Below, in pieces: positions 53,719 through 64,000 of a DNA stretch of 64,000 nt; the first letter of the stretch is position 1; each line of letters starts with the position of its first letter. A program made the position numbers and the translations under genes. The notes under the pieces are model-generated. The model was not told the DNA's origin and did no database searches. It saw nothing but the letters and a program-made list of their open reading frames with translations. The DNA is from Corallococcus sp. NCRR (GTDB lineage: Bacteria > Myxococcota > Myxococcia > Myxococcales > Myxococcaceae). The stretch lies in assembly GCF_026965535.1 (NCBI RefSeq), contig NZ_CP114039.1:8163461-8227460 (forward strand), in the 5' to 3' direction.

Positions 53719-55380
53719 CTACGGGACCGGAGCGCTCTCCATCGGTAGGACCGCGGAGGCGATCAGGTCCAGGCGCCCCTCGCGCAGCCACGCCGGCCCC
53801 AGCTCCGACAAAAGGCGCGCCAGCGTGACGTTCACCACCCGACGCAGCTCCTCGCGCGCCGCTTCCGGCACCTCGGGCGAAAGCGCCGCCACCGCGCGCT
53901 CCGCCGCGCTCGGGCGCAGGCGGGGCGCCTCCGGGGTGCCTTCGAAGAGGCGCTGGCCCAGCTCCACCGTGCGCCCCAGCGGCACGGGCCGCACGTCCAC
54001 GCGCTCCTCCAGCACGGCCATGCCCACCACGGCCGCCCACAGCCGCTCCACGCCCAGCACGTCCAGCGACACGCCGAAGCGCGCCAGCACGGTGTGCGCC
54101 GCGTCCTCGGAGCCGCCCAGGAGCGCGCCCAGCGCCGCCACCTGGCCCTCCGCGCGCGCGAGCAGCGCCTCCGAACCGGCCACCTCCCGCAGCGAACGGA
54201 ACGGGACGGCTTCCGCGCCTGGGACGCGCAGCGCCCTGCGGGGACGCTTGCGGCGCAGGGCCTCCAGCGCGGCGGCCTCCTCCGGGAGCACCAGCGGCAC
54301 GTCGTCCAGCTTCACGAAGGGCACCTTGAAGAGGCGGTCCGCGCGGTACTTGAGCTGGAGCGTCAGCGTGAAGCCCACCTGGAAGACGCGGCGCAGGGGC
54401 GTGTCGCGCAGCGCCTCCGGGGCCTTCGCCGGGTCGCCGCCCGTCAGGTGCTCCAGGCCCAGAGACAGGTAGTCGCGCACCCACTCGCCCACGCGGCGCA
54501 CGGCGTCCAGGTCGCCCGGGTCGCACAGCTCCGCGACGAGGACGGCGTTGGCCACCTCGCGCAGCTCGTCCTCCGCGTTCATCCGCTCCACGTCGGACAG
54601 GTCCCGGAAGGCCGCCTCCAGGTAGTCCACGTGGCCGCCGGCGGCGGTGAGCGCGGGCGTCCCCGGTCCGGTGGGGCGCGGCGGCACGTCCACGCGGCTG
54701 AAGAGCGCGAGCGCGTCCTCCAGCGACGGGAAGCCCAGGTCGGACAGGCGCGCGCGGCGGAACTGGAACGCGGTCTCCTCCAGCTCGGAGGGGATCTCCC
54801 AGCGCACCGCTTCGAAGAGGCGCACCGCTTCGAAGGGGTTCTCCGCGATCAGATCATTGAGGAGCGCGCGCATGGCGGACATCTCGATGCCCTCCACCTT
54901 CAGCTCCACCAGGTAGCGGCCCTCCGGGGTCTCCAGCGTCACGCCCTGCGGGTTGACGTCCGGGTTCTCCTCCAGGTCGTGGACGACGGTGAACTCCTTG
55001 AGGAGCGTCTCCACCACCTCCAGGTCCACCGCGTGCACCTTGCGCAGGAAGTCCTCCTGCTCGTCGCCGCGCGCGGCGCGCAGCCAGGTGAGGACGGCGT
55101 GCGGGTCCAGCTTGTCCTTCGCCCAGCCGCCCAGGTCCACGAAGGTGCGGAACTGCGCGGGCGACGCCAGCTGCACGAGCTCCGTCATGTCCGCCAGCCC
55201 CACCTCCTGGATGGTGACGTAGAGGTCCTCCGCGGGCAGCGAGCGCACCAGCGCGGGCGTGTCCTCCGCGTCGTAGAGCGCCGCCACCCGCTGGCGCGGG
55301 GACAGGCGCATCAACCGCTGACGCTCCTCGCGAGGCGCGAGGGGCGAAACACCACCGTTCGTCTTGCCGTTCTGGGACAC
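53719..55380 (-). CDS. hypothetical protein (553 aa, acidic, helical)
   Basis: Long high-GC3 ORF. No motif recognised. Confidence 0.5.
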   Translation of the reverse strand: MSQNGKTNGGVSPLAPREERQRLMRLSPRQRVAALYDAEDTPALVRSLPAEDLYVTIQEVGLADMTELVQLASPAQFRTFVDLGGWAKDKLDPHAVLTWLRAARGDEQEDFLRKVHAVDLEVVETLLKEFTVVHDLEENPDVNPQGVTLETPEGRYLVELKVEGIEMSAMRALLNDLIAENPFEAVRLFEAVRWEIPSELEETAFQFRRARLSDLGFPSLEDALALFSRVDVPPRPTGPGTPALTAAGGHVDYLEAAFRDLSDVERMNAEDELREVANAVLVAELCDPGDLDAVRRVGEWVRDYLSLGLEHLTGGDPAKAPEALRDTPLRRVFQVGFTLTLQLKYRADRLFKVPFVKLDDVPLVLPEEAAALEALRRKRPRRALRVPGAEAVPFRSLREVAGSEALLARAEGQVAALGALLGGSEDAAHTVLARFGVSLDVLGVERLWAAVVGMAVLEERVDVRPVPLGRTVELGQRLFEGTPEAPRLRPSAAERAVAALSPEVPEAAREELRRVVNVTLARLLSELGPAWLREGRLDLIASAVLPMESAPVP

Positions 55381-55419
55381 GGCGGGGGTGCTACCACAGC
55401 GGGAGCGGCCCCGGCAGCC

Positions 55420-56040
55420 TCAGACGCGGGTGGCCTTGCCGAAGGTGTCCAGCAGCGTGCCCCACACGTCCTCCACGCCCAGCTTCTCCGTGGAGGAGAA
55501 CGGGATGACCGCCTCGCGGGGCAGCTCCAGCTGCTCCGCCAGCTTGTGCAGCCGGGGCTTGCGCTGCGCCTTCGTCAGCCGGTCCACCTTGGTGGCCACG
55601 ACGAGGATGCGGCGGTTGTGCTCCTGGAGGTAGTCCAGCGTCTGCAGGTCCTCCGGCGTGGGCCCCACCTCCGCGTCGATGATGCTCACCACCACCTCCA
55701 ACCGGTGCCGGTTCTTGAGGTAGGAGGTGATCATCGCCTGCCACTGGGCCTTGTCCGCCTTGCTCGCCTTGGCGAAGCCGTAGCCGGGCAGGTCCGCCAG
55801 GCGCACCGTGTGGCGCACGCCGTCGCGGTCCAGGTCCACGTCGAAGAAGTTGAGCGTGCGGGTGCGCCCCGGCGTGTTGGACACGCGCACCAGCTTCCGC
55901 CGGTTCGTCAGGGCGTTGATCATGGACGACTTGCCGACGTTGGAGCGGCCCACGAAGGCCACCTCCGCGGCGTGGTCCGTGGGCAGCCCCTTGAGCTCCA
56001 CGGCGGTGGTGACGAAACGGGAGTCGAGGATCTTGATCAA
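55420..56040 (-). CDS. engB: ribosome biogenesis GTP-binding protein YsxC/EngB
   Basis: 206 aa. G1 GRSNVGKSS, G3 DLPGYG, G4 TKVD. Overall EngB length and order. Confidence 0.85.
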   Translation of the reverse strand: MIKILDSRFVTTAVELKGLPTDHAAEVAFVGRSNVGKSSMINALTNRRKLVRVSNTPGRTRTLNFFDVDLDRDGVRHTVRLADLPGYGFAKASKADKAQWQAMITSYLKNRHRLEVVVSIIDAEVGPTPEDLQTLDYLQEHNRRILVVATKVDRLTKAQRKPRLHKLAEQLELPREAVIPFSSTEKLGVEDVWGTLLDTFGKATRV

Positions 56041-56051
56041 GCGGAGGTCAC

Positions 56052-56561
56052 TTACTTCTTCGCCGTGGCCGGAGCCGGCGTGGAGGGGGCCGCGTCCGCG
56101 CGGGTCTGCTTGCGGGCGCGTTCGGCGGACCAGTGGTCGATGGCCTTCAGCGCTTCCTTGAAGTCGAACGGGCGCAGGGACGGCGAGGACGCGTCATGGC
56201 AGGTGCGGCACTGCTTCTCCGACGGGTCCACCAGCCCCACCAGCCGCGCCAACTCCGGGTCCTTCATCACATAGGACGGCGAGTAGTACTGCCCGCCGCC
56301 ATGGCACGTCTCACAGGTGACGGCCGCCAGCTGCTGCTCGGCCTGGTCCGGCGCGTGGCAGGACAGACACCGCGCGTCCTTCTTCTGGGTGTCCGCCAGC
56401 GTCTCCGTCGCCCGGGCGTGCTTGGACTTCATCCACGCGTCGTACGCCTCCGGGTGGCAGCCCTTGCAGCTGTCGGGGCCCGTGAAGTCCGCGGCGCCGG
56501 CGAGGCCGCCGGAGACGGCGAGCAGGAGGGCGGAAAAGACCCGGAAGGCACGAGAAGACAT
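56052..56561 (-). CDS. periplasmic tetraheme c-type cytochrome
   Basis: Signal peptide MSSRAFRVFSALLLAVSGGLAGA. Four CxxCH motifs (CKGCH, CLSCH, CETCH, CRTCH) in 169 aa. The track ORF is artificially extended 5' to 57773. Confidence 0.75.
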   Translation of the reverse strand: MSSRAFRVFSALLLAVSGGLAGAADFTGPDSCKGCHPEAYDAWMKSKHARATETLADTQKKDARCLSCHAPDQAEQQLAAVTCETCHGGGQYYSPSYVMKDPELARLVGLVDPSEKQCRTCHDASSPSLRPFDFKEALKAIDHWSAERARKQTRADAAPSTPAPATAKK

Positions 56562-56696
56562 GCCTTGAGCACGTAGCAGAGGCCCCTGGAGGGGGCAAGG
56601 CGTCTCGTTCGTGATTGAATACCGGGTGGACAGGTGCGTGGCTTGAGGTAACGGACCTTGAGGCGCGCCTGCCTGATCCGCTAGGGAGGAGTCGAG

Positions 56697-57179
56697 ATGC
56701 GGACCCCCGTGATTGCCGTCCTGTTCGCCGTTGCCGTCGCTGTCGTCTCCCTGCCTGCTTCCGCCAAGCCGTGGCAGGGCATCGAGCCCGGGAGCTCCAA
56801 GAAGGAGGAGGTCCTGAAGAAGTTCGGGGAGCCTTCCCGGACCATGAGCCAGGACGGCAAGGAGATATTGGCCTACTTCGCCAAGGAGGCCATCAAGGGC
56901 ACCACCCAGGCCCAGTTCAAGGTGGACCCGGCCACGCAGCTGGTGGAGCGCATCGACGTGTTCCCCGGGCCCGTCATCGAGAAGGACACCATCGAGAACA
57001 GCTACGGCCCCGCGTGCCCGGCCGGCGCCATGCCCGCCACGCCCTGCTACCTGCGCAAGCTGACGGACGACTTCCGCACCTACTTCCTCTACGTGAAGCT
57101 GGGCGTGGCCATCTTCTTCAACGAGGACGGCAAGACGGTGCAGTCCTTCGTCTTCACCACGCCCAAGGCCGCGAAGTAG
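56697..57179 (+). CDS. secreted hypothetical protein (160 aa)
   Basis: Signal peptide MRTPVIAVLFAVAVAVVSLPASA. Confidence 0.5.
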   Translation: MRTPVIAVLFAVAVAVVSLPASAKPWQGIEPGSSKKEEVLKKFGEPSRTMSQDGKEILAYFAKEAIKGTTQAQFKVDPATQLVERIDVFPGPVIEKDTIENSYGPACPAGAMPATPCYLRKLTDDFRTYFLYVKLGVAIFFNEDGKTVQSFVFTTPKAAK

Positions 57180-57182
57180 CCC

Positions 57183-57779
57183 GTGCACGTCTTCGGCCTG
57201 ACGGGCGGCATCGCCTCCGGCAAGAGCACCGTGAGCCGGATGCTGCGGGAGCTGGGCGCGCGCGTGCTGGACGCGGACGTGCTCGCCCGCGAGGTGGTGG
57301 AGCCCGGCACCCCCGGCCTGAAGCGCATCGATGAGCGCTTCCCCGGCGTGGTGGGCCCCGACGGCCGCCTGGACCGGGTGAAGCTGGGCGCGCACATCTT
57401 CGCGAACGCCCAGGAGCGGGCCGCCCTCAACGCCATCGTGCACCCGGAGGTGCGCGCCCTCTTCCTCCAGAAGCTCCAGGCGCTGGAGGCCGAAGGCGTC
57501 ACCCACGCCGTCTACGACGTGCCGCTGCTCATCGAAACGGGCCTGCACACGGCCATGGAGGGCGTGGCCGTGGTGTGGGTGCCGCGCGAGGTGCAGAAGG
57601 CGCGGCTGATGACCCGCGACGGGCTCACCGCGGACCAGGCGGAGGCGCGGCTCGGGGCGCAGATGCCGCTGGACGACAAGCGCGCGCACGCGACGTGGGT
57701 CATCGACAACAGCGGAACCCCGGAGGCCACCCGTCCCCAGGTGGAAGCGGTGTGGCGGGCGATGCTCGCGCAAGGCTGA
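57183..57779 (+). CDS. coaE: dephospho-CoA kinase
   Basis: 198 aa. P-loop GLTGGIASGKST at the extreme N-terminus and overall CoaE length. GTG start. Confidence 0.8.
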   Translation: MHVFGLTGGIASGKSTVSRMLRELGARVLDADVLAREVVEPGTPGLKRIDERFPGVVGPDGRLDRVKLGAHIFANAQERAALNAIVHPEVRALFLQKLQALEAEGVTHAVYDVPLLIETGLHTAMEGVAVVWVPREVQKARLMTRDGLTADQAEARLGAQMPLDDKRAHATWVIDNSGTPEATRPQVEAVWRAMLAQG

Positions 57780-57802
57780 CGGGCGGTTATGCTGCGCCGC
57801 GC

Positions 57803-58972
57803 ATGAGCGAGACGTCGAAGACGCGGCAGGGCCCTGGCACCTACTTCATCACCGGCTACCCGGGCTTCATCGGCAAGCGGCTGGTGGAGCACATCGCGCG
57901 GGAGGACCCGAAGGGGCACATCTACGCGCTGGTGCAGCCCAAGGCCTTCAAGGAGGCGCAGGCGCTCGCGGCGAAGGTGAAGGGCGCGCGCGTGGAGCTG
58001 CTCACCGGTGACGCGGTGGACATGCACCTGGGCCTGTCCGGCGAGGAGTACCAGCGCCTGTGCGAGCGGGTGACGGACATCTTCCACCTGGCCGCCGTGT
58101 CGCAATTGGGGGTCCCCAAGGAGACCGCGTGGCGCGTGAACGTGGACGGCACGCGCAACCTGCTGGAGCTGGCGCGCGACTGCGAGAACCTCTCCCGCTT
58201 CAGCCACTTCTCCACCTGCTACGTGTCCGGCGACCGCGTGGGCGTCATCGCCGAGGACGAGCTGGACCGGGGCCAGTCCTTCCGCAACGCCTATGAGGAG
58301 ACGAAGTTCCAGGCGGAGCGGCTGGTGCAGCGCGCCTCCGCCACCCTCCCGGTCACCATCTTCCGTCCGTCCAGCGTGGTGGGCGACTCGCGCACGGGCG
58401 AAATCGATCGCTTCGAGGGCCCCTACTACCTGGGCATCCTGCTCGTCACCTCCCCGCTGGTGGTGCCGCTGCCCCTGCCGGGCAACGGCGTGGCGCCGCT
58501 CAACGTCGTGCCGGTGGACTTCGTGGTGGAGGCGGTGTGGCGCCTGTCGCGTGACGCAAGAGCGAAGGGGCGCACCTTCCACCTGGTGGACCCCAACCCC
58601 ATGAGCGCGCGGCGCGTGTACGAGCTCATCGCGGAGAAGTCCCACAAGCGGCTGCCGCGCTTCAACCTGTCCGCGCGCGCCGCGGACGTGATGCTGCGGC
58701 TGCCCGTGCTGGAGAAGCTGGCCCGGCCCCAGCGCGCCGCCATCAGCTACGTGAACCACCTGGCCATCTACAACTGCCACAACACGCTGGAGCTGCTCGA
58801 CGGCACCGGCGTGCGCTGCCCGCCGCTGTCGTCGTACCTGGATCAGCTCGTCGCCTACGTGCGTGAACAGTACAAGCAGCGCAAGGAGGGCGCGGAGATC
58901 GAGGACCCGCTGGACCACGGTCCCCTGCCCTCTTCGGATGACGCCGCGCCGCCGCCGCGCTCGCGCCGCTGA
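57803..58972 (+). CDS. NAD(P)-dependent epimerase/dehydratase (extended SDR) family protein
   Basis: 389 aa. Rossmann ITGYPGFIGKRLVEHI. Catalytic YxxxK context NAYEETKFQAE. The track ORF starts further 5' at 57575. Confidence 0.75.
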   Translation: MSETSKTRQGPGTYFITGYPGFIGKRLVEHIAREDPKGHIYALVQPKAFKEAQALAAKVKGARVELLTGDAVDMHLGLSGEEYQRLCERVTDIFHLAAVSQLGVPKETAWRVNVDGTRNLLELARDCENLSRFSHFSTCYVSGDRVGVIAEDELDRGQSFRNAYEETKFQAERLVQRASATLPVTIFRPSSVVGDSRTGEIDRFEGPYYLGILLVTSPLVVPLPLPGNGVAPLNVVPVDFVVEAVWRLSRDARAKGRTFHLVDPNPMSARRVYELIAEKSHKRLPRFNLSARAADVMLRLPVLEKLARPQRAAISYVNHLAIYNCHNTLELLDGTGVRCPPLSSYLDQLVAYVREQYKQRKEGAEIEDPLDHGPLPSSDDAAPPPRSRR

Positions 58973-59515
58973 GCAGGGTTTGGGTCCGCAGGCAAGGGGC
59001 GGCGCGGCACGTGTTTCACGCTCGCGTCCGCCTGGCTGCTACGGCTTATTCCAGACTGCCAATTGTTACTGGGTTGCTAACGCAAAGTTACGCGGGCCCC
59101 CTCTTTTCAACGAAACAGTGTCCTGGTTAGCATGCGCTCCCACTGAAGCCGGCGCGGTGAAGACAACCGCGCCTGGAAGAGTGGGTTGGAGAGCAGCGCT
59201 TGCCGGAGACCGTTGACAGTCGATTCGGATGGGCCGCCCCGGGTTCGGGTGTGGCGCCCCGGCTGTCCAGCCTGTCGCGGCGCTGCGCCCCCGCCCTGAG
59301 CGCCTCGCGCGTCCCGCCTTTCCACGCTGAGAGCCCCGCGCACGCCGCCCATGCGACCTGGGGCGTTGGGCAGCGTTTCCTATCGGGCTGTCGTCCACCC
59401 GCGGCCCGCCATCCGTAAGGAGCGGCCCGCCTCCCCCGGCGGGCTTCTCCTCGTGCAGTCGTCGTCTCTCGCAGTCCCCTCGTCCGGCAGTACATCACCC
59501 CCAAGAAGGAAGGCG

Positions 59516-62500
59516 CATGCGTCTCAGGGAAAAGCTGTTGACCAGCCTGCTGCTGGTGCCCATCGCGGGTACCAGCGCGTGGGCCAAGGAGCGGTCGAAC
59601 TACGACGCGTTCCTGGAGCAGCGGGACTCCCGCTCTCTCGCCGTGGATTCGAACACGGCGGTGTCCCGCGGGCTTCGCATCGAGCAGACCGAGCAGCGGC
59701 TCGGCGTGCCTACGTTCGCCTGGGCGACGCAGGACGGCGCGCAGTCCAAGTCCGTCATCCGCTCCGGCATGACGGCGGAGAGCGCGGCGCGCGCGCACCT
59801 GCAGGCCGTGGCGGACAACTACCGCCTGACGCGTGACGATGTCGCGGGCGCCAACCTGCGCTCGCTGCACAACACCGGCAAGGGCGCCATCATCGCGACC
59901 TTCAACCAGTCGGTGGGTGGCATCCCCGTCTTCCGCAACGAGATCAAGGTCGTCATGGGCCAGGACCTGCGCCTGGTGGCCGTGAGCGGCTACCTGGCCC
60001 CGTCCGAGCTGGCGCTCTCCGCCCGCACCAAGGCGCGCGCCGGCTTCAACCTGGGCGCCGCGGAAGCGGTGTCCGGCGCGTTCCAGGACCTGACGGGCTC
60101 CGGCACGCAGGCCACGTCGTTCATCAACGCGGGCACGAAGGGTGACTTCACCTTCTTCGAGCTGGCCCCCGCCGCGAAGTCCGCGCTGCCGCAGGACCTG
60201 GCCGTCCCGGCCCGCGCCCGGCAGGTGTACTTCATGCTGGCCGGCAACCTGGAGCCGGCCTGGTACGTGGAAGTGAACGCCGGCCCCAAGGCCGCGCGCT
60301 CCAGCCAGTACTTCGGCTACGTGGTCTCCGCGGCCACCGGCAAGGTGCTCTTCCGCAGCGACCTGACCGCGGACGCCGGCGCGGCGTTCACGTACAAGGT
60401 CTGGGCGGACCAGGCGGCCCCGTTCATCCCGGAGGACGGTCCCCAGGGCAACGACGCGACCCCGCACCCCACGGGCACGCGCGACGGCTACCAGGCCCCG
60501 CTGAACCGCCCGGCGCACGACATCACCCTGGCCAACAGCCCCTACAGCAAGAACGACCCCTGGCTGCCGGCCAACGCCACGCAGACCACGGGTAACAACG
60601 TGGATGCGTACGCGGACCTGAACGCGCCGGACGGCTTCCAGCCCGGCACGAACGACCTCCGCGCGGAGACGACGAGCGAGAACACCTTCGCGTACGTCTA
60701 CGACACGACCAAGAGGCCGGGCTCCAGCCCCGAGCAGATCAAGGCCTCGGTGGTGAACCTGTTCTACGTGAACAACTTCCTGCACGACTGGTTCTACGAC
60801 GCGGGCTTCGACGAGGCCTCGGCCAACGCCCAGGCGTTCAACTTCGGCCGTGGCGGCGTGGAGGGCGACCCCATCCAGGCCCAGGCGCAGGACTACGGCG
60901 GCCGCAACAACGCGAACATGAGCACGCCGGCGGACGGTGCGTCCCCGCGCATGCAGATGTACGTGTTCGACGGCACGCCCGAGCTGTCCGTGACGGCTCC
61001 CGCGACCCTGGCCGGTGTCTACGAGGCCGGCTCCGCGAGCTACGGCAAGCAGGCGTACGAAGTGACCGGTGAGATCCAGATCCCGGAGACCAACAAGGAC
61101 GGCTGCGCCGCGTTCCCCGCGGGCACCTTCACCGGGAAGATCGCCCTCATCGACCGCGGGACGTGCAACTTCGTCGTGAAGTCGCTCAACGCGCAGAACG
61201 GTGGCGCCATCGCCACGGTCATCGCGAACAACACGGCCGGCAGCACCATCAGCATGGGCGGCAACAACGTGGATGACGCCAAGGTCACCACGCCGTCCCT
61301 GATGATCACCCTGGACGCGGCCAACGCGTGGAAGGCCGCGGCGGCGACCAGCCCGGTGTCCGTGAAGTTCCTGCGCACGCCGGACCAGGACCGCGACGGC
61401 ACGCTCGACAACGGCATCATCGCGCACGAGTGGGGTCACTACATCAGCAACCGCCTCATCGGTAACGCCGCGGGCCTGAGCAACAACCAGGGCCGCTCGA
61501 TGGGCGAGGGCTGGGGCGACTTCCACGCCATGCTGATGCAGGTCCGCGAGTCCGACCGCAACGTTGCGGGCAACAACAACTGGCAGGGCGTCTACAGCAC
61601 CGCCGGTTATGTCACCAGCGGTGGCAAGAACCAGGGCTACTACTACGGCATCCGTCGCCTGCCCTACTCGACGGACATGAGCAAGAACGGCTACACGTTC
61701 CGGCACATCGCCAACTTCACCGCCCTGCCCAACGAGCTGGCGACGGCGTCCACCGCCAACAACGCCGAAGTCCACAACAGCGGTGAGGTGTGGGCCACGG
61801 CGCTGTGGGAGTGCTACGCGAGCCTGCTGAACGCGCACCCGTTCGCGGAAGCGCAGGACCGCATGAAGAAGTACCTGGTCGCGGCCTACAAGGCGACGCC
61901 GAACGCGCCGACCTTCACGGAAGCGCGTGACGCGGTGCTGGCCGTCGCGCTCGCGAGCGACCCGGCGGACTACCAGCGCTTCGTGGCGGCCTTCGCCAAG
62001 CGCGGCCTCGGCTTCGGCGCCAAGTCGCCGGACCGCGACGCGTTCGACCACATCGGCGTGACGGAGAGCTTCTCCGCGGGCGGCAACCTGGAGGTCACCA
62101 GCATCACGCTGACCGACGGCATCGCCGGCTGCGACCACGACGGCATCCTGGACATCGGCGAGCAGGGTGAGCTGAAGATCACCGTGCGCAACGTGGGCGG
62201 CAACGGGCTGAGCTCCTTCTCCGGCACCGTCAGCAGCACCAGCACCACGGCGACGCTGGAGTTCCCGAACGGCGGCGCGATCAACGTCCCCGCCCTGTCG
62301 CGCGGTGCTTCCGCCACGGTCACCGTGCCCGTCAACGTCACCGCGGTGTCCGGTACGCCCGCGCGCGCCGGCATCAAGGTCGCCTTCGACTCCACGGAGA
62401 TCCCGGCGGCGGCGAAGACGGCGACGTTCGACCCGCGCATCAACTACGACAACGTCCCCACCACCAGCAACACGGAGACGTTCGAGTCCGGGCTGACCGG

Positions 62501-64000
62501 TTGGACGGTGTCGCAGAACCTGTCGTCCTCGGGCGACTGGACGCTGTCCGGCTCGACGGCCAACCGCTACGCGCACGGCAAGGACCCGGGCACGATCGCG
62601 GAGACCACCATCACCAGCCCCTGGCTGACGGTGGATGACGCGGCCGACTTCGTCATGAGCTACAACTACCGCCACTCCTTCGAGTTCGACTCCAACGCCT
62701 CCTACGACGGCGCGGTGCTCGAGTTCACGGTGGACGGCATCGACTGGATCGACCCGTGGGACCTGTACCCGGTGGTGGACGCGGATCCGGGCTACGTGGA
62801 CTACATCGCCGCGGGCGGTGGCAACCCCCTGGAAGACCGCGCCGCGATGGCGCAGGTGAGCGCGGGCTTCCCGGCCTTCACGTCCGCGAGCATCAACTTC
62901 GGGACCTTCTTCCCCGACCTGGAGCTCAAGAACGTCCGCTTCCGCTTCCGCATCGGCGGTGACGTGGCGGTCGGCGGGTACGGCCTGGACATCGACAACG
63001 TGAAGTTCGAGGGCGCCACGGCGGTGTTCTCGGACCAGGCGGATCAGCCGGCCTCCGCGGGCGCGTGCAACGTGCCTCCGGTGGCCAACGCGGGTCCGTC
63101 GCGCGTGGGCACGGCGGCGGTCGCCGAGGGCACGCTCGTCAACGGCGTCCTCAACCGCAACACCATCACCCTGAACGGCACGGGCAGCTTCGACCCGGAC
63201 GCCGCCGTGGGTGACGCGCTCACCTACAGCTGGACGCAGACCGGTGGCGCCACGCCCGTCTCCCTGACGGGTGCGGACACGGCGACGCCGAGCTTCGTGG
63301 CGGACGTGGACTACACGGACACCCTCACCTTCCAGCTCGTCGTCACCGACGCGTCCGGCAAGGCGAGCGCCCCGAAGACGGTGGACATCCAGGTCAACAA
63401 CGTGAACCAGCCCCCGGTGGCCGCCGCCACCGCGCCGGCCACGGTGAACGAGGGTGACACGAACGTGACGCTGGACGCCTCCGGCTCCACCGACGCGGAC
63501 GTGATCCACGCGAACACGCTGACGTTCTCCTGGGCCCAGACGAGCCCCGCTTCGCCCAAGCCCACGCTGACCAACGCCACCAAGGCGAAGGCGACGTTCA
63601 CGGCTCCGGAAGTGACGGCGGACACGCAGCTGAACTTCACGGTCACCGTGACGGACAGCAGCGGCGCGAAGTCCACCAAGTCCGTCGCCGTGACGGTGAA
63701 GAACGTGGACCGCGCCCCGGTGGCCAACGCCGGCGCGGACATCGACGCGGATGCGCGCTCCACGGTGACGCTGGCCGGCACGGGCACGGATCCGGACGGC
63801 ACGGCGGTCACCTACCTGTGGGAGCAGACGGCCGGTGACGCGGTGACGCTGACCGGCGCGGACACGGCGACGGCGACCTTCACGGCGCCGGACGTCAACG
63901 CCGCCAAGGAGCTCACCTTCAAGTTCACGGTGTCCTCGGGCGGCCAGTCGGCGTCCGACCTGGTCAACGTGACGGTGCGCAAGGCCAACCGCCACCCGGT
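59516..64000 (+). CDS. secreted M36 (fungalysin-type) zinc metalloprotease with FTP propeptide, PA domain and C-terminal PKD/Ig-like repeats; 3' end outside window
   Basis: Not in the ORF track (no in-window stop) but evident on + strand frame 2. AAGGAAGG Shine-Dalgarno, ATG at ~59516. Signal MRLREKLLTSLLLVPIAGTSAWA. HEWGH zinc motif (IIAHEWGHYISNRL) with downstream GEGWGDF. PA domain (IALIDRGTCNFVVKSLNAQNGGAIATVIANN). Repeated ~95-aa modules toward the end (VANAGPSRVG..., PPVAAATAPATVNEGD..., APVANAGADIDADARS...). Continuous open frame for ~1495 codons to the window edge. Confidence 0.85.

Noticed and set aside
54094-56274. 726-aa plus-strand ORF
   Set aside because: Antisense to the 53719..55380 hypothetical gene and to engB, with no independent support.
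59127-63995. 1622-aa minus-strand ORF, the longest in the track
   Set aside because: No motifs, Arg/Gly/Val-rich composition typical of antisense high-GC frames. The opposite strand encodes a well-supported M36 protease with HEWGH, PA and PKD features.
1-64000. Searched for CRISPR arrays, rRNA and tRNA genes
   Set aside because: I saw no regularly spaced short direct repeats with unique spacers, and no cloverleaf-like or rRNA-like conserved segments in the few intergenic regions. The window appears to lack them, but the scan was by eye and is not exhaustive.

Overview
High-GC (~70%) myxobacterial chromosome segment. Three proteins carry C-terminal MYXO-CTERM sorting motifs, and sigma-54/EBP and Ser/Thr-kinase genes are abundant, which suggests Myxococcus/Corallococcus-like. 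I could support 41 protein-coding features and no rRNA, tRNA or CRISPR.

Housekeeping genes sit at both ends: hom at the left, and folD, djlA-like, smr, add, pyrD, engB, coaE, an OCD-family enzyme, a GT1 glycosyltransferase and a Wzy-like ligase on the right. The window ends with a partial M36 fungalysin-type metalloprotease on the + strand. That gene is absent from the ORF track; the track shows only its 1622-aa antisense shadow.

The centre of the window (about 1.6-33.7 kb) is accessory and is the interesting part.
- A tightly packed minus-strand operon (28427 down to 18496, probably continuing to 15120) encodes three proteins. (a) An AAA-like NTPase + TM + coiled-coil + WD40 protein. (b) A TIR + AAA-like NTPase protein. 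(c) A CHAT/caspase-like + STAND NTPase (FFGRE, GSGKSS) + WD40 protein. This is an apoptosis-like or abortive-infection-like three-gene module.
- A second caspase-like His-Cys protein with a C-terminal HTH (2626..4296) is fused in an operon with an ADP-ribosylglycohydrolase.
- All of these, plus an OmpA-family gene, a 67-aa ORF and a large choice-of-anchor-D-like surface lipoprotein, are preceded by candidate sigma-54 promoters (GG-N10-GC). Each promoter lies 45-70 bp downstream of a phased array of a shared 10-mer (TGACGCGCAA / TGACGCGTCA / TTGCGCGTCA; 11- or 20-bp phasing, four arrays).
- An FHA-type sigma-54 enhancer-binding protein gene abuts one array, and three Ser/Thr kinases are present.
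- I propose this is one locally encoded sigma-54 regulon controlling a previously undescribed defense / programmed-cell-death system.

Two structural scars support modular assembly. A ~155-bp direct repeat carrying the UAS and promoter flanks the ompA-like gene. A ~62-bp direct repeat flanks a Kelch+Ig MYXO-CTERM gene. One copy of the latter is the coding 3' end of the CHAT-STAND gene and the other is a noncoding fossil.

A 2.3-kb low-GC islet (34.15-36.42 kb) carries an orphan 712-aa protein with an N-terminal zinc ribbon. It lies between a truncated IS5-family transposase and a truncated IS3 orfA. Other features are a tandem duplication of small Cys-rich lipoproteins between kinase genes and a convergent pair of giant Kelch + Ig-like repeat paralogs. 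Coordinates read from the sequence may be off by +/-1-2 nt.
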